A stretch of DNA of 64,000 nt, taken from contig CAXXNF010000002.1 in NCBI GenBank assembly GCA_963666365.2, forward strand, positions 1,344,001 to 1,408,000. The letters are read 5' to 3'. Source of the stretch: Syntrophales bacterium. GTDB lineage: Bacteria > Desulfobacterota > Syntrophia > Syntrophales > UBA2210. Below the pieces are notes generated by a model. That model was given only the letters and a program-made list of their open reading frames with translations. It was not told where the DNA came from and did not search any database. The translations under genes were made by a program, and so were the position numbers. Below, piece after piece: positions 38,237-48,622 of this stretch. The stretch's first letter is position 1. Each line of letters begins with the position of its first letter.

Positions 38237-39640
38237 ATGTGGGATGCCGAGTACGATATTATTGTCATTGGATCGGGGTTTGCCGGTCTGGCTGCAGCCC
38301 TTGAGGCACATGAATATTGTCCATCGATAGCTGTACTGGAAAAGATGAGGGTGCCCGGCGGCAATTCCACCATCAGCGGGGGACTGGTTGCAGCTGCGGG
38401 ATCACCCCTTCAAAAGGAACAGGGCATTGAAGATTCGCCGGAGTTGATGCTGGCGGATATGCTGAGAGCAGGGCTGGAACTGAACCACCCTGAGCTCGCA
38501 CGCACCGTAGCCGAGCACTCTTTAGAAGTATTGCGCTGGACGATAGAGGAATTGGGTGTTCAGTACAAACCCACTTTGAGCCACCTGGGAGGACATTCCG
38601 TCCCGCGGACCTACAACACGATCAACACCTCCGGCTCCGGGATTGTCAGACCCATGCTTGCCAAATGCCGCCAATTGGGTATACCCATCCAGTTGCACAC
38701 ACATCTGGAGCATTTCATTGTGGATGAACACAATGTCGTGGAAGGCGTCGAGGTCCGGGAGGGGTACATATTCCCGAATCAGGAAACCGGGACGGTCAAA
38801 AGGCTAAGGGCACGGAAAGCCGTGATTCTTGCAACGGGAGGATTTGCCCAGGACAAAAAATTCCGGTCCGCCCTGAATCCGAGCCTGACGGATGACATAG
38901 AAAGCACGAATCATCCCGGAGCAACGGCGGAAAGTCTCATTGAAGCGATTCGAATAGGAGCGATGCCGATACAGCTTTCCCAGATCCAGCTCGGTCCCTG
39001 GGCTTCAAGGGATGAAGAGGGGTTCGGTGTAGGATCCATGTTTTCAATGCTTGCAGGTTTTCCCTACGGCATCCTGATCGATAAAAAGTCCGGCACGCGC
39101 TTCGTAAACGAGCTTTCGGACCGCAAACTGCTCGTTGACGCCATGCTCACAAGCGGAAGAGAGGCCGTGGCGATTGTCGATTGCAAGGGGGTTCGGTATG
39201 CATCGACACTGGAAAAATGCCTTAAACGAGGGGTGGTGCAACAATTTGAATCATTGGAGGAACTGGCGGTAGAAAATCAGATCCCTCCAGGCGCACTCGC
39301 TCAAACCGTAAAAAAATATAACGAATACGTAATAAAAGGCATAGACGAAGAATTCGGCAAACCTCTGTCTGCGAACCTTTCACCGATTCAATATCCGCCG
39401 TACTACAGTATTCGCCTGATTTCTAAAGTCCACCATTGCATGGGGGGAATACAGATTAACAGCAAAGCCCAGGTGCTTCATATTGCCACACACAGACCCA
39501 TCGGACGCTTTTACGCAGCCGGAGAAATCACGGGAGGCATTCACGGCGCCAGCCGACTCGGCAGCAACGCCATTACCGACTGCCTCGTCTTCGGTCGCAT
39601 CGCAGGACGAAATGCGGCAGGAGAACCCGACCGAAAATAG
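38237..39640 (+). CDS. Flavocytochrome c-type FAD reductase, no signal peptide, no heme domain
   Basis: GSGFAGL, GGHSVPR, ATGGF, RFVNE, HHCMGG, AGEITGGIHGASRLG. Confidence 0.9.
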   Translation: MWDAEYDIIVIGSGFAGLAAALEAHEYCPSIAVLEKMRVPGGNSTISGGLVAAAGSPLQKEQGIEDSPELMLADMLRAGLELNHPELARTVAEHSLEVLRWTIEELGVQYKPTLSHLGGHSVPRTYNTINTSGSGIVRPMLAKCRQLGIPIQLHTHLEHFIVDEHNVVEGVEVREGYIFPNQETGTVKRLRARKAVILATGGFAQDKKFRSALNPSLTDDIESTNHPGATAESLIEAIRIGAMPIQLSQIQLGPWASRDEEGFGVGSMFSMLAGFPYGILIDKKSGTRFVNELSDRKLLVDAMLTSGREAVAIVDCKGVRYASTLEKCLKRGVVQQFESLEELAVENQIPPGALAQTVKKYNEYVIKGIDEEFGKPLSANLSPIQYPPYYSIRLISKVHHCMGGIQINSKAQVLHIATHRPIGRFYAAGEITGGIHGASRLGSNAITDCLVFGRIAGRNAAGEPDRK

Positions 39641-39916
39641 GGAAGGCGCCACAACAGCCTGCTTTCTTTGCTCTTATCCCCGACAGCAGTAAACTTTTTT
39701 TGTGCACCCTGTCCTTTTCACCATCCGTATCGGGTATATAATAATACCCATTAATACCCCATTCTCTCCCCTGTATATCCTAAATTCTTTCTGGTAGTTT
39801 TCTACCCAATGAAATGAACTGATTCTCATTGCCGATACAACCGCGGCACAGACGTTTGAAAGAATGGCAAGGATGCCCGGGTTTTGTAGAACAGCCCCAT
39901 AAGAAAGGAGAGCGAC

Positions 39917-41557
39917 ATGAAAAAAAGCAGCAAGATAAGCGAATCCGTCAAGGAAACTATGCACACAATGACCTCCCGCAGAGAATTTCTCAAGAAGGGA
40001 ACAACGGCGGGGGCGATTGCCGCCGGCGGTCTGGCAATGACCCTCATGCCGGGAAAGGCAGGCGCACGCACCTATTCAGCGCCCACAAAATGGGACAAGG
40101 AATTCGACATCATCGTAATCGGAAGCGGATTTGCCGGCCTTGCCGCGGCAATTACCGCCAAAGAGGCAGGACAAGATGTGGTTATTCTGGATAAAATGCC
40201 TGTCAACGGAGGGAATTCCATTATTAACGGCGGCCTTCTGGCAGCGGTAAATTCAAAGCTTCAGGCGAAAGAGGGCATCAAAGACTCGGTAGATCTTTAC
40301 GTCAGCGATCTCCTCAAGGCAGGTCGGGGACTCAACCACGTCGAACTGATCAAAATTGTCGCGACCCAGGGTGCCGATCTTCCCGAATGGACGGCGGAAC
40401 GAGGCGTAAAGTGGAATCCGAAGCTTGAACACCTGGGAGGCCACTCCGTACCGCGCACCTACCTTACGACCAATTCATCGGGATCGGGAATCGTTCGACC
40501 GCTGACCGACTATTACAAAACGAAACTGGGCGGCAAGCTGCACACAAAGATAAAGGTCGTCGGCTTCGTCAAAGAAGACACTGATACAAATCCGAACGGA
40601 CGAGTCCAGGGCGTCGTGGTGCGGGAAAATTATAAATTCGATTATAAAGCAACCGACGGAGACAGAAGCAATAGGTCAGGCGAGAAGAAATTCTACAGGG
40701 CCAAAAAAGGCATCGTCGTTGCCAGCGGCGGATTCAGCCAGGATCCCTTCTTCCGAGGCATTCAGGATCCGTCTCTTGCAAAACCGACCAACCAGCTCGA
40801 CAGTACGAACCATCCCGGCGCGACCGGTGAAGTGCTGGAAAATCTGTTTAAAATCGGCGGCGCCCCTGTACACCTGAGTTGGATACAGTCCGGACCCTGG
40901 GCTTCCCCGAATGAAAAAGGTTTCGGGGTAGGCTCGTCCTATCAGATCGCAGCGGGATTCAGATTCGGAATCATGATCGACAAGAAAACAGGCCAACGGT
41001 TCGTTAATGAGCTTGCCGATAGAAGGACCCGAGCACTGGCCATGTTCAAGGTAATCGGTGATCCGAATAAGCCCAACTATCCTTTTTCGATAGCTGACAG
41101 CCAGGAGGGAGTTCTTGCAGCCCAGACGCTGGAAAAGTGCCTGGATAAAAAAGTCGTGCTGAAGTTCGACACCATTGAAGCCGTTGCCGCACACTTCAAT
41201 GTGCCGCTTGCTCCATTCAAAAAACAGCTGGACGAATATAATGGGTATATCCGATCAGGCAAGGATACGCAGTTTGGGAAACCTCTTGATAAAAACATGA
41301 AACCCATTGAAAAAGCCCCCTTCTATGTCATGGAAGGCGTACCCAAAACACACCACACAATGGGCGGCGTGTTAATTAACACCGAGGGTCGGGTGATCGA
41401 AACTGAAACGGGAACACCGATTCCGGGGCTCTATGCGGCGGGTGAAGTTGTCGGCGGACCGCACGGCGCCAGCCGTCTCGGCAGCTGTGCGATCCCGGAC
41501 TGTCTTGTGTTCGGCAGAATTTGCGGAAAAAATGTATCGGAAGAAAAAGCCTCTTAA
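39917..41557 (+). CDS. Tat-exported flavocytochrome c-type FAD reductase (flavin subunit)
   Basis: SRREFLK twin-arginine signal; same motifs as the upstream paralog; no CxxCH. Confidence 0.9.
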   Translation: MKKSSKISESVKETMHTMTSRREFLKKGTTAGAIAAGGLAMTLMPGKAGARTYSAPTKWDKEFDIIVIGSGFAGLAAAITAKEAGQDVVILDKMPVNGGNSIINGGLLAAVNSKLQAKEGIKDSVDLYVSDLLKAGRGLNHVELIKIVATQGADLPEWTAERGVKWNPKLEHLGGHSVPRTYLTTNSSGSGIVRPLTDYYKTKLGGKLHTKIKVVGFVKEDTDTNPNGRVQGVVVRENYKFDYKATDGDRSNRSGEKKFYRAKKGIVVASGGFSQDPFFRGIQDPSLAKPTNQLDSTNHPGATGEVLENLFKIGGAPVHLSWIQSGPWASPNEKGFGVGSSYQIAAGFRFGIMIDKKTGQRFVNELADRRTRALAMFKVIGDPNKPNYPFSIADSQEGVLAAQTLEKCLDKKVVLKFDTIEAVAAHFNVPLAPFKKQLDEYNGYIRSGKDTQFGKPLDKNMKPIEKAPFYVMEGVPKTHHTMGGVLINTEGRVIETETGTPIPGLYAAGEVVGGPHGASRLGSCAIPDCLVFGRICGKNVSEEKAS

Positions 41558-41592
41558 TTTCGTAATGAGCCTCCTTCTCCCTCATTAACCAC

Positions 41593-41630
41593 GGACGGAG
41601 ACAGTCACATTAAGGAGACTGTCTCCGTCC
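41593..41630. terminator. GC-rich hairpin between convergent genes
   Basis: GGACGGAGACAGTC-N10-GACTGTCTCCGTCC; U-tracts weak. Confidence 0.55.
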
Positions 41631-41663
41631 AACTACGCACAATTCGATAAAAAAGATGAAGTA

Positions 41664-42428
41664 TCAGCCGGCAATCCAGGAGGGATCCCGTTTTTCCAGA
41701 AATGCCACGGCACCCTCAAATGCCTCGGCACTCTGCACGATTTCTTCGAAAATCCCTGCGCTTATATCGTAGCCGTCCAGTTTCCGGTTTATTACTTCCT
41801 TGGTATACCGGCTGGCAAGAGGTCCCGCTCGCCTCAATTTGCCGATCAGTTCAAAAACCGCATCCATGAGCCGCTCGTGCGGCGCCACATGGTTGACAAG
41901 CCCGATTTTCAGGGCGTCCTGTGCGGATATCCGCTCACAGGTAAGGATGAGTTCTTTCGCCTTTGCCCGGCCCACCTCATCGGCAAGCCTGATCATCGCG
42001 TAGGGACAGGTCACCCCCCTGATGGGTCCGATAAACCCGAACTCCGCCTGATCGGAGGCCACAATCATGTCGCACATGATCGCGTATTCCGCGCCATGGC
42101 CGAGGGCATACCCGTTCACGGCCGCAATCGTCGGTTTCGGACTATGAATCAGTTTCGCGATGGGCGACTCTCCCGAATCAATGTCCAGCTCACGACGAAT
42201 CATGGCGACCGCCTTTTCGGGATTGCTGAAATCGGCGCCCGATGAAAACACCGCCTCTGTCCCTGTAAGGACAATGAATCGAATGTCATCACTCCCTACC
42301 GCGAGATCCACCGCCTGCCCCATTTCTTCAGACAGTTCAAGCGATATGGCGTGTTTATACCGCGGTCGGTTGAATGTGATGACCGCGGTATCGCCGCGCG
42401 TCTCATAGAGCAATGTTTCGAAGTCCAT
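41664..42428 (-). CDS. Enoyl-CoA hydratase/isomerase family protein
   Basis: ITFNRP, FSSGAD, KPTIAAVNGYALGHG, AFLEKR; AAGGAGG RBS before ATG 42428. Confidence 0.9.
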   Translation of the reverse strand: MDFETLLYETRGDTAVITFNRPRYKHAISLELSEEMGQAVDLAVGSDDIRFIVLTGTEAVFSSGADFSNPEKAVAMIRRELDIDSGESPIAKLIHSPKPTIAAVNGYALGHGAEYAIMCDMIVASDQAEFGFIGPIRGVTCPYAMIRLADEVGRAKAKELILTCERISAQDALKIGLVNHVAPHERLMDAVFELIGKLRRAGPLASRYTKEVINRKLDGYDISAGIFEEIVQSAEAFEGAVAFLEKRDPSWIAG

Positions 42429-42486
42429 TTTTCCCTCCTTTGCAGCAGTTCCTTTACAATGCCGACTTTTCGGCATAGCGGAGCTT

Positions 42487-45126
42487 CTAACCGCGCACCA
42501 GTTCTTCAAACCTGCGCAAGGCGTCATCCAGCCCCTCGGGGTTCGGTCCCCCGGCCTGTGCCATATCGGGACGACCTCCACCTTTTCCTCCAACCAGGGG
42601 GGCCAGTTCCTTGACCATGTTGCCGGCATGGAAACGCTCCGTCAGGTCTTTGGTCACCATGCACAGGAGCATCGCCTTTCCTTCGGATTTACTTCCCAGA
42701 AGGAGCAGACCCGACCTCAAACGGTCGCGCACCTTGTCGCCGAAGTCCCTCAGCGCTTTCACATCGGGTGCATCCACCACGGTGGCAAGCACCGATACGC
42801 CGGCGATTTCCTTTGTCTTCCCCATCAAATCGGACGAATCACGGGAGGCGAGCTTACCGTTAAGGGCCTCTATCTCCCGCTCCAGTTCCTTCTGGTGCGC
42901 GATTATTTTCTCCAATCTTTCAGACAGCTCGAGCGGCGCCGTTCTGAACATCCCCGCACAATGCTTCAGTTCCTTTTCGACGGCGCCGGCGTAGCGCACC
43001 GCCTCTCCACCGGTCACTGCTTCTATTCTTCTCACACCCGCCGCTACCGACGTCTCTGAAACAACCTTGAGAAATCCGATGTCGCCTGTTCTGCGCACGT
43101 GAGTGCCGCCGCAGAGCTCCATGCTGAAGTCGCCCATTTTCACGAGCCGTACCGTTTCCCCGTACTTTTCGTCAAACACGGCCGTGGCGCCTGTCTTCAT
43201 TGCCTCTTCCCTGGGCAGCACATCGGTCGTGACCGGTTGATTCGCCCTGATGAACTGGTTGGCAATATGTTCCACACGCTCCATTTCGTTGTCCTCTATT
43301 TTCGCGAAGTGAGTAAAGTCGAATCGGAGCCGCTCAGCGTTCACGAGTGATCCAGACTGTTTGATGTGATCGCCCAGCACCTGCTTGAGGGCCGCCTGAA
43401 GGACATGGGTCCCCGAGTGGTTTGCTTCTATCGCTCTCCTGGTACCCTCTTCGGTTCTCAGGTCAACATTCTCCCCCACACGGATCTCACCTTTTTTGAC
43501 CTTGCCGATATGGGAAAAGAGATCGTCCAAAGGTTTCTGCGTGTCCCAGACTTCGAAAAGAACCGCGTCCCTTTCGATCACCCCCACATCACCCACCTGG
43601 CCGCCGACCTCTCCATAGAAAGGCGTCTGTGCGACAAATATCTCTCCTTTTTCACCTTCTCTGAGGACATCGACGGGCTGATCGTTCTTTAAAATGGCCG
43701 CGACCCTTGAGGTAGTCTCGGTGTTTCCCTCGTAGCCGACAAATTCGGTCTTCACGCCGGCATTGGAAAGACGCCTGTAACTGTCGGCAACCTCTTCCTC
43801 CCCGCTCCCTTTCCAGGATTGGCGCGCCTTTTCGCGCTGCTCTTCCATGGCCTTGTCGAATCCCGCCATATCGAGCGCCAACCCCTTCGACCGCGCCGCC
43901 TCCTCGGTAAGATCCACGGGAAATCCGAAGGTGTCGTACAGGCGAAAGACAACGCTCCCGGGAATTGCCTTTTCTCCCTTCCCGGCAAGCAATGCCATCT
44001 GCTCGTTCAGGATCTTCAATCCCCCATCGAGGGTTTCCATAAAACGCTGTTCCTCGTTGACGACCACCTTCCGCAGGTAGGATTCCTTGTCGGCAAGCTC
44101 GGGATAGGCCCCCCGCATCTTTGCGATCACCACGGGAACCATGTCATGCAGGAAGGGCTTGCCCAGGCCGAGAAGCTTTCCGTGCCGGGCGGCCCTTCTT
44201 AGAATTCTGCGCAGGACGTAGCCGCGGCCCTCGTTGCTGGGAAGCACGCCGTCGGCAATCAGAAAGGTGACCGCCCGTGCGTGATCGGCAATAACCCGGA
44301 TAGACGTATCGTCTTCACTTCGCGCCTTGTAGCGTTTTCCCGACACCTCTTCCAGGTGGGCGATGATCTCGCTGAAGAGATCGCAGTCATAATTGCTGGT
44401 CACTCCCTGCATCACCGCAGTGAGCCGCTCCAGCCCCATGCCCGTATCGATGTTCGGTTTCGGCAGGGGGGTCAGCGTTCCTGCGGCATCACGGTCGAAC
44501 TGTGTAAACACAAGGTTCCACAGTTCCACATAGCGACCGCATTCACACTCCACGTTGCACTCGGGACGGCCGCAGCCGACCGCCTCCCCCTGGTCGAGGA
44601 GAATCTCCGAACAGGGACCGCAGGGGCCGGTATCGCCCATCATCCAGAAATTGTCTTTTTCGCCGAGGCGCACGATGCGATCCGCCGGAATGCCCATGGT
44701 TTCGTGCCATATTTCAAAGGCTTCATCATCGTCCTTATAAATGGTAATCCACAGTTTTTCTTTCGGCAGCCCCATAACCCCGGTTAAAAATTCCCATCCC
44801 CAGGCGATCGCCTCTTTCTTGAAATAATCGCCGAAGGAAAAGTTGCCCAGCATTTCAAAAAAGGTGTGATGCCGTGCCGTGTAGCCCACGGTTTCAAGAT
44901 CATTATGCTTTCCACCCGCCCTGACGCATTTCTGGGAGGTGGCGGCCCTCGTATATGCCCTCTTCTCCTGTCCCAAAAAAAGGTTTTTGAACTGGACCAT
45001 CCCCGCATTGGTAAAAAGCAGTGTGGGATCTTCTTTCGGAATAAGCCCGGAACTTTCAACTATCGCATGCCCGTGCCCTTTAAAATAGGTGAGAAATTTT
45101 TCCCTGATTTCGTTACCCGTGATCAA
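42487..45126 (-). CDS. alaS: Alanine--tRNA ligase
   Basis: LLFTNAGMVQFK, HHTFFEMLGNFSFGDYFK, IDTGMGLER, ELCGGTH, GGGRPDMAQAG; TTG start at 45126 after AAGGAGG. Confidence 0.97.
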   Translation of the reverse strand: MITGNEIREKFLTYFKGHGHAIVESSGLIPKEDPTLLFTNAGMVQFKNLFLGQEKRAYTRAATSQKCVRAGGKHNDLETVGYTARHHTFFEMLGNFSFGDYFKKEAIAWGWEFLTGVMGLPKEKLWITIYKDDDEAFEIWHETMGIPADRIVRLGEKDNFWMMGDTGPCGPCSEILLDQGEAVGCGRPECNVECECGRYVELWNLVFTQFDRDAAGTLTPLPKPNIDTGMGLERLTAVMQGVTSNYDCDLFSEIIAHLEEVSGKRYKARSEDDTSIRVIADHARAVTFLIADGVLPSNEGRGYVLRRILRRAARHGKLLGLGKPFLHDMVPVVIAKMRGAYPELADKESYLRKVVVNEEQRFMETLDGGLKILNEQMALLAGKGEKAIPGSVVFRLYDTFGFPVDLTEEAARSKGLALDMAGFDKAMEEQREKARQSWKGSGEEEVADSYRRLSNAGVKTEFVGYEGNTETTSRVAAILKNDQPVDVLREGEKGEIFVAQTPFYGEVGGQVGDVGVIERDAVLFEVWDTQKPLDDLFSHIGKVKKGEIRVGENVDLRTEEGTRRAIEANHSGTHVLQAALKQVLGDHIKQSGSLVNAERLRFDFTHFAKIEDNEMERVEHIANQFIRANQPVTTDVLPREEAMKTGATAVFDEKYGETVRLVKMGDFSMELCGGTHVRRTGDIGFLKVVSETSVAAGVRRIEAVTGGEAVRYAGAVEKELKHCAGMFRTAPLELSERLEKIIAHQKELEREIEALNGKLASRDSSDLMGKTKEIAGVSVLATVVDAPDVKALRDFGDKVRDRLRSGLLLLGSKSEGKAMLLCMVTKDLTERFHAGNMVKELAPLVGGKGGGRPDMAQAGGPNPEGLDDALRRFEELVRG

Positions 45127-45613
45127 TGTATTCCTCCTTGCCTGAACCGGCCAGTATTTCAAAAATAACACCCGCGGCAAACCCCTTTCCCATGAGGTGC
45201 CTGATCAGGCGCTGCTTTTCTTTAGCGGATATTTCGTGCGATGTCAACCGATCGGGAAATCGCTTTTCCATAATCTTTTCGATTGCTTCTTTCTCAGCAA
45301 TCTCCCGGCGTGCCTCTTCGAGGGCCCGGCTGATGGTCTCCTTCGCAATACCCCGCTCTTTGAGCTTGACTGCAATTTTTCTGTCTCCCCACAGAAGATT
45401 CAGGGCATAACTCAGGGCCCACTGCCGGGCAGCGCTCTCATCATCGAGGTATCGAAGCTCGCCGAACCGTTCAATGACCTTCGATACGGTCGCTGCCCCA
45501 AAACCCAGGGTTTCAAGCTTCGATCTTACCTCAAAGACGCTCCTCGGACGAGAGGCAAGAAAACGCAGAGCCCGCCTTTTTGCCTCCTCGTAGGAGGGAT
45601 CTTCTTCCTTCAT
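45113..45613 (-). CDS. recX: Regulatory protein RecX
   Basis: [20 protein letters not shown]...LK.RGI, L..KGF; directly after recA. Confidence 0.88.
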   Translation of the reverse strand: MKEEDPSYEEAKRRALRFLASRPRSVFEVRSKLETLGFGAATVSKVIERFGELRYLDDESAARQWALSYALNLLWGDRKIAVKLKERGIAKETISRALEEARREIAEKEAIEKIMEKRFPDRLTSHEISAKEKQRLIRHLMGKGFAAGVIFEILAGSGKEEYIDHG

Positions 45614-46632
45614 TCTTCGGCCTTGTCAGTGGTGGGAAAATTGAATTTTTGCCTCACTTCGATCTCAATGGCCTTTCTGATGTCGGGATTTTCCTTGAGA
45701 TAAGTCTTTGCGTTTTCCCTGCCCTGGCCGATACGCTCCCCCTTATAGGAGTACCAGGCGCCCGTTTTTTCGACGATGTCGTTGTCGCTCGCCAGATCGA
45801 TAATATCACCTTCCCTCGACAGACCTTCGCCGAAAATGATATCGAATTCGGCTTCACGGAAGGGGGGCGCCACCTTGTTTTTGACGACCTTGACCCGGGT
45901 CCGGTTTCCGATCACGTCCTGTCCCTGCTTGATAGCCGCGGTTTTTCGTATGTCCAGTCGCATGGTTGCATAAAATTTCAGGGCGTTTCCTCCGGTCGTC
46001 GTCTCCGGATTCCCGAAGAAAGTGCCGATTTTCATCCGCAGCTGATTGATAAAAATCACCGTCGTTTTGGATCTGTTGATGCTTCCCGTCAGCTTTCTCA
46101 GGGCCTGGGACATGAGTCGCGCCTGGAGTCCCATCTGCGCATCGCCCATATCCCCCTCCAGTTCGGAACGGGGAACCAAGGCAGCCACCGAGTCGACGAC
46201 CAGTACGTCGAGGGCGCCGCTTCGCACAAGCACCTCGGCAATTTCCAGGGCCTGTTCCCCTGAATCGGGCTGAGATATGAGCAGATCATCCGTATTGACC
46301 CCTATTTTTCTCGCATAGGTCACATCAAGGGCGTGCTCAGCGTCGATGAAGGCCGCCAGCCCCCCCTCTTTTTGCGCTTCCGCCACCACATGCAGGGCAA
46401 GGGTTGTTTTTCCTCCCGACTCGGGGCCGTAGATTTCGACAATCCGTCCCCTTGGTATCCCCCCGACACCGAGGGCAATGTCGAGGCTCAGGGCTCCCGT
46501 CGAAATAGCCGGAATATTGGAGACGACTTCGTCGCCCCCCAGTCTCATGATCGATCCCTTCCCGAATTGCTTTTCGATCTGGGCAATGGCCAGATCCACG
46601 GCTCGTTCCCGTTCCGATTCAGATGAAATCAT
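45610..46632 (-). CDS. recA: Recombinase RecA
   Basis: [40 protein letters not shown]. Confidence 0.99.
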   Translation of the reverse strand: MISSESERERAVDLAIAQIEKQFGKGSIMRLGGDEVVSNIPAISTGALSLDIALGVGGIPRGRIVEIYGPESGGKTTLALHVVAEAQKEGGLAAFIDAEHALDVTYARKIGVNTDDLLISQPDSGEQALEIAEVLVRSGALDVLVVDSVAALVPRSELEGDMGDAQMGLQARLMSQALRKLTGSINRSKTTVIFINQLRMKIGTFFGNPETTTGGNALKFYATMRLDIRKTAAIKQGQDVIGNRTRVKVVKNKVAPPFREAEFDIIFGEGLSREGDIIDLASDNDIVEKTGAWYSYKGERIGQGRENAKTYLKENPDIRKAIEIEVRQKFNFPTTDKAEE

Positions 46633-46652
46633 TGTTTTCCCCTTCCTTTATT

Positions 46653-46670
46653 GGGACACTTCCCTTTTTT
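46653..46670. repeat. Single REP-like arm upstream of recA
   Basis: GGGACACTTCCCTTTTTT; possible decayed partner GAGAAATGTCTCTCTAT near 46713-46729. Confidence 0.6.
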
Positions 46671-46734
46671 TATATTTTTCATGCCTTTGATGTCACGTGC
46701 CTCGTCAAACAGGAGAAATGTCTCTCTATCCCCT

Positions 46735-47313
46735 TTATCCCCCGAAGGGGAAACGGGCAAGCTTCGTATACAGGGCCCCGGTCGGTTTCAGGTCGCTTTT
46801 GAAGAGTATCAGTTCACCCACATGAAAAGAGTGGATTCCAGGGCCGCCCATGCCCTTCATTATCGTATCGATTCCGAATATTTTTTCTCCCGGCGACTTT
46901 ACTCTTCCAAGGGTCAGATGAGGGGTAAAGGGCCTTTTTTCCTTAGGAAATCCGGCTGCATCCAGGTCCGCTTCGATGCACTGCTGAAGTTCCGCCAGAC
47001 GATCCGTATCGCCCTCGATGCCAAGCCAGAGTACACGGGGCCGCAGGGCGCTCGGAAATGCCCCCGGCGCACCCAGCGAAAACGTCATGGATGCCGCCCT
47101 GTCGGTACGGATTCTGACGGTGTTCTCTATTGTGGTAATGTCCGCGACGCTCACATCGCCGAAAAATTTCAGCGTCAGATGCATGCCTTCGGGTCTTACC
47201 CATCTGATCCCCCCAAGCGCCTTCTTCAGACGGTCCTGTATTCGACCAATCTGAAGGCGAATGTTCTCGGGAATTTCCAGCGCAAGAAATGTACGCACCA
47301 CTGGTTCGTTCAT
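46735..47313 (-). CDS. thpR: RNA 2',3'-cyclic phosphodiesterase
   Basis: Two HxT motifs (HLTLKF, PHLTLGR), RVLWLG. Confidence 0.92.
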   Translation of the reverse strand: MNEPVVRTFLALEIPENIRLQIGRIQDRLKKALGGIRWVRPEGMHLTLKFFGDVSVADITTIENTVRIRTDRAASMTFSLGAPGAFPSALRPRVLWLGIEGDTDRLAELQQCIEADLDAAGFPKEKRPFTPHLTLGRVKSPGEKIFGIDTIMKGMGGPGIHSFHVGELILFKSDLKPTGALYTKLARFPFGG

Positions 47314-48563
47314 TTTTCCACATCACTCCCCGTCAGGTACCGCCGTAACATTTCCAGGGCGAGTTCGGAAGAAATTTCCTTTATGCGCCGCCGTCCCCAT
47401 GGGAAACTGGATTTTCGACAATAGGTAGCCTCTCCGTCGGATAGCGCCACATAGACCGTTCCCACAGGCTTTTCCAGAGTTCCCCCGGAGGGACCAGCGA
47501 TACCGGTAGTCGCCAGTCCAAGATCGGTCTTCGCCATGGCCCGCATCCCCCGGGCCATCAGTTCGGCTGTTTCCCTGCTCACGGCGCCGTAGCGCTCGAT
47601 AATCTCCGCCGGTACCCCCAAAAGCTCCACTTTCGCGAGATTGCTGTAAACGACGGCTCCTCTTTCCAGAAATGCCGAACTGCCCGGAATATCGGTAAGA
47701 CGATCGGCAATTAATCCTCCCGTACAGGATTCCGCGACGGAAAGTGTGAAACCGCCTTTCGTCAGGAGGGCTGCCACAATCCCTTCGAGGGTCTCGTCAT
47801 CATACCCGATGATATGCCGGTGAAGCACTCCGTCAATTTTTGCTTCCGCCTCTTCAAGATGCATGGTCGCTTCTCTACCTTCCCGTCCTCTCGCGGTGAG
47901 CACCAGATGTACCTCGGGAAAGCGGGGATAAAATCCTATTGTCACCCCCGGCAGGGCCCCCAGGCGCCCGATCGCTTCATCAATTTTCGATTCGGAAAGG
48001 CCGAAAAGCCGCAACTGTTTTCTTGCTTTCTTTTCACTCGCGGCGCCGCAGACCTTCTCGAAATGGGGCAGCACTCCTTCAGTCACCATCTTTTTCGCTT
48101 CTCCGGGCACACCGGGGACGACGGCCACCCATTTCCCATCCCGTTCCAGACAAAATCCCGCCGCCGTACCGACGCGGTTTTCGATGACCAGGGCGCCCTC
48201 CGGGAAAAGGGCCTGCTTGGCGTTGTTTTCGGTCCAGGAAATATGAAAGGCTGCAAAACGATCTTTCAGCGTTTGAAGCACCCTCTCGTCGGACACAAGA
48301 GGCAACCCGAAGGCGGCCGCAACGGCTGCGGTGGTGATGTCATCGGCCGTCGGACCGAGACCTCCCGCCACGATGACGGCATCCGACAGGGCACACAGGT
48401 ATTCAAGGCCGCTTTTCACGGCCTCATTGTCGTCGCCCACCGTAAGAACCGCCGATACGCCCCAGCCCGCAAGATCGAGCTGAGCGGCAATATAGGAGGA
48501 ATTAATGTCCTGTACCATGCCTCCGATCAATTCGTCGCCGACCAGCAATATTCCCGCAATCAT
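47310..48563 (-). CDS. cinA: CinA (molybdopterin-binding domain plus NMN deamidase)
   Basis: GGLGPTADDIT, PGVP.E, AESCTGG, GAVS, TGIAGP.GG..EKPVG. Confidence 0.93.
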   Translation of the reverse strand: MIAGILLVGDELIGGMVQDINSSYIAAQLDLAGWGVSAVLTVGDDNEAVKSGLEYLCALSDAVIVAGGLGPTADDITTAAVAAAFGLPLVSDERVLQTLKDRFAAFHISWTENNAKQALFPEGALVIENRVGTAAGFCLERDGKWVAVVPGVPGEAKKMVTEGVLPHFEKVCGAASEKKARKQLRLFGLSESKIDEAIGRLGALPGVTIGFYPRFPEVHLVLTARGREGREATMHLEEAEAKIDGVLHRHIIGYDDETLEGIVAALLTKGGFTLSVAESCTGGLIADRLTDIPGSSAFLERGAVVYSNLAKVELLGVPAEIIERYGAVSRETAELMARGMRAMAKTDLGLATTGIAGPSGGTLEKPVGTVYVALSDGEATYCRKSSFPWGRRRIKEISSELALEMLRRYLTGSDVEK

Positions 48564-48622
48564 CGCCTTACCATACCGGAACCATCAGATGAACCTGTAC
48601 CCATCGCACCACCAATTTCCTG

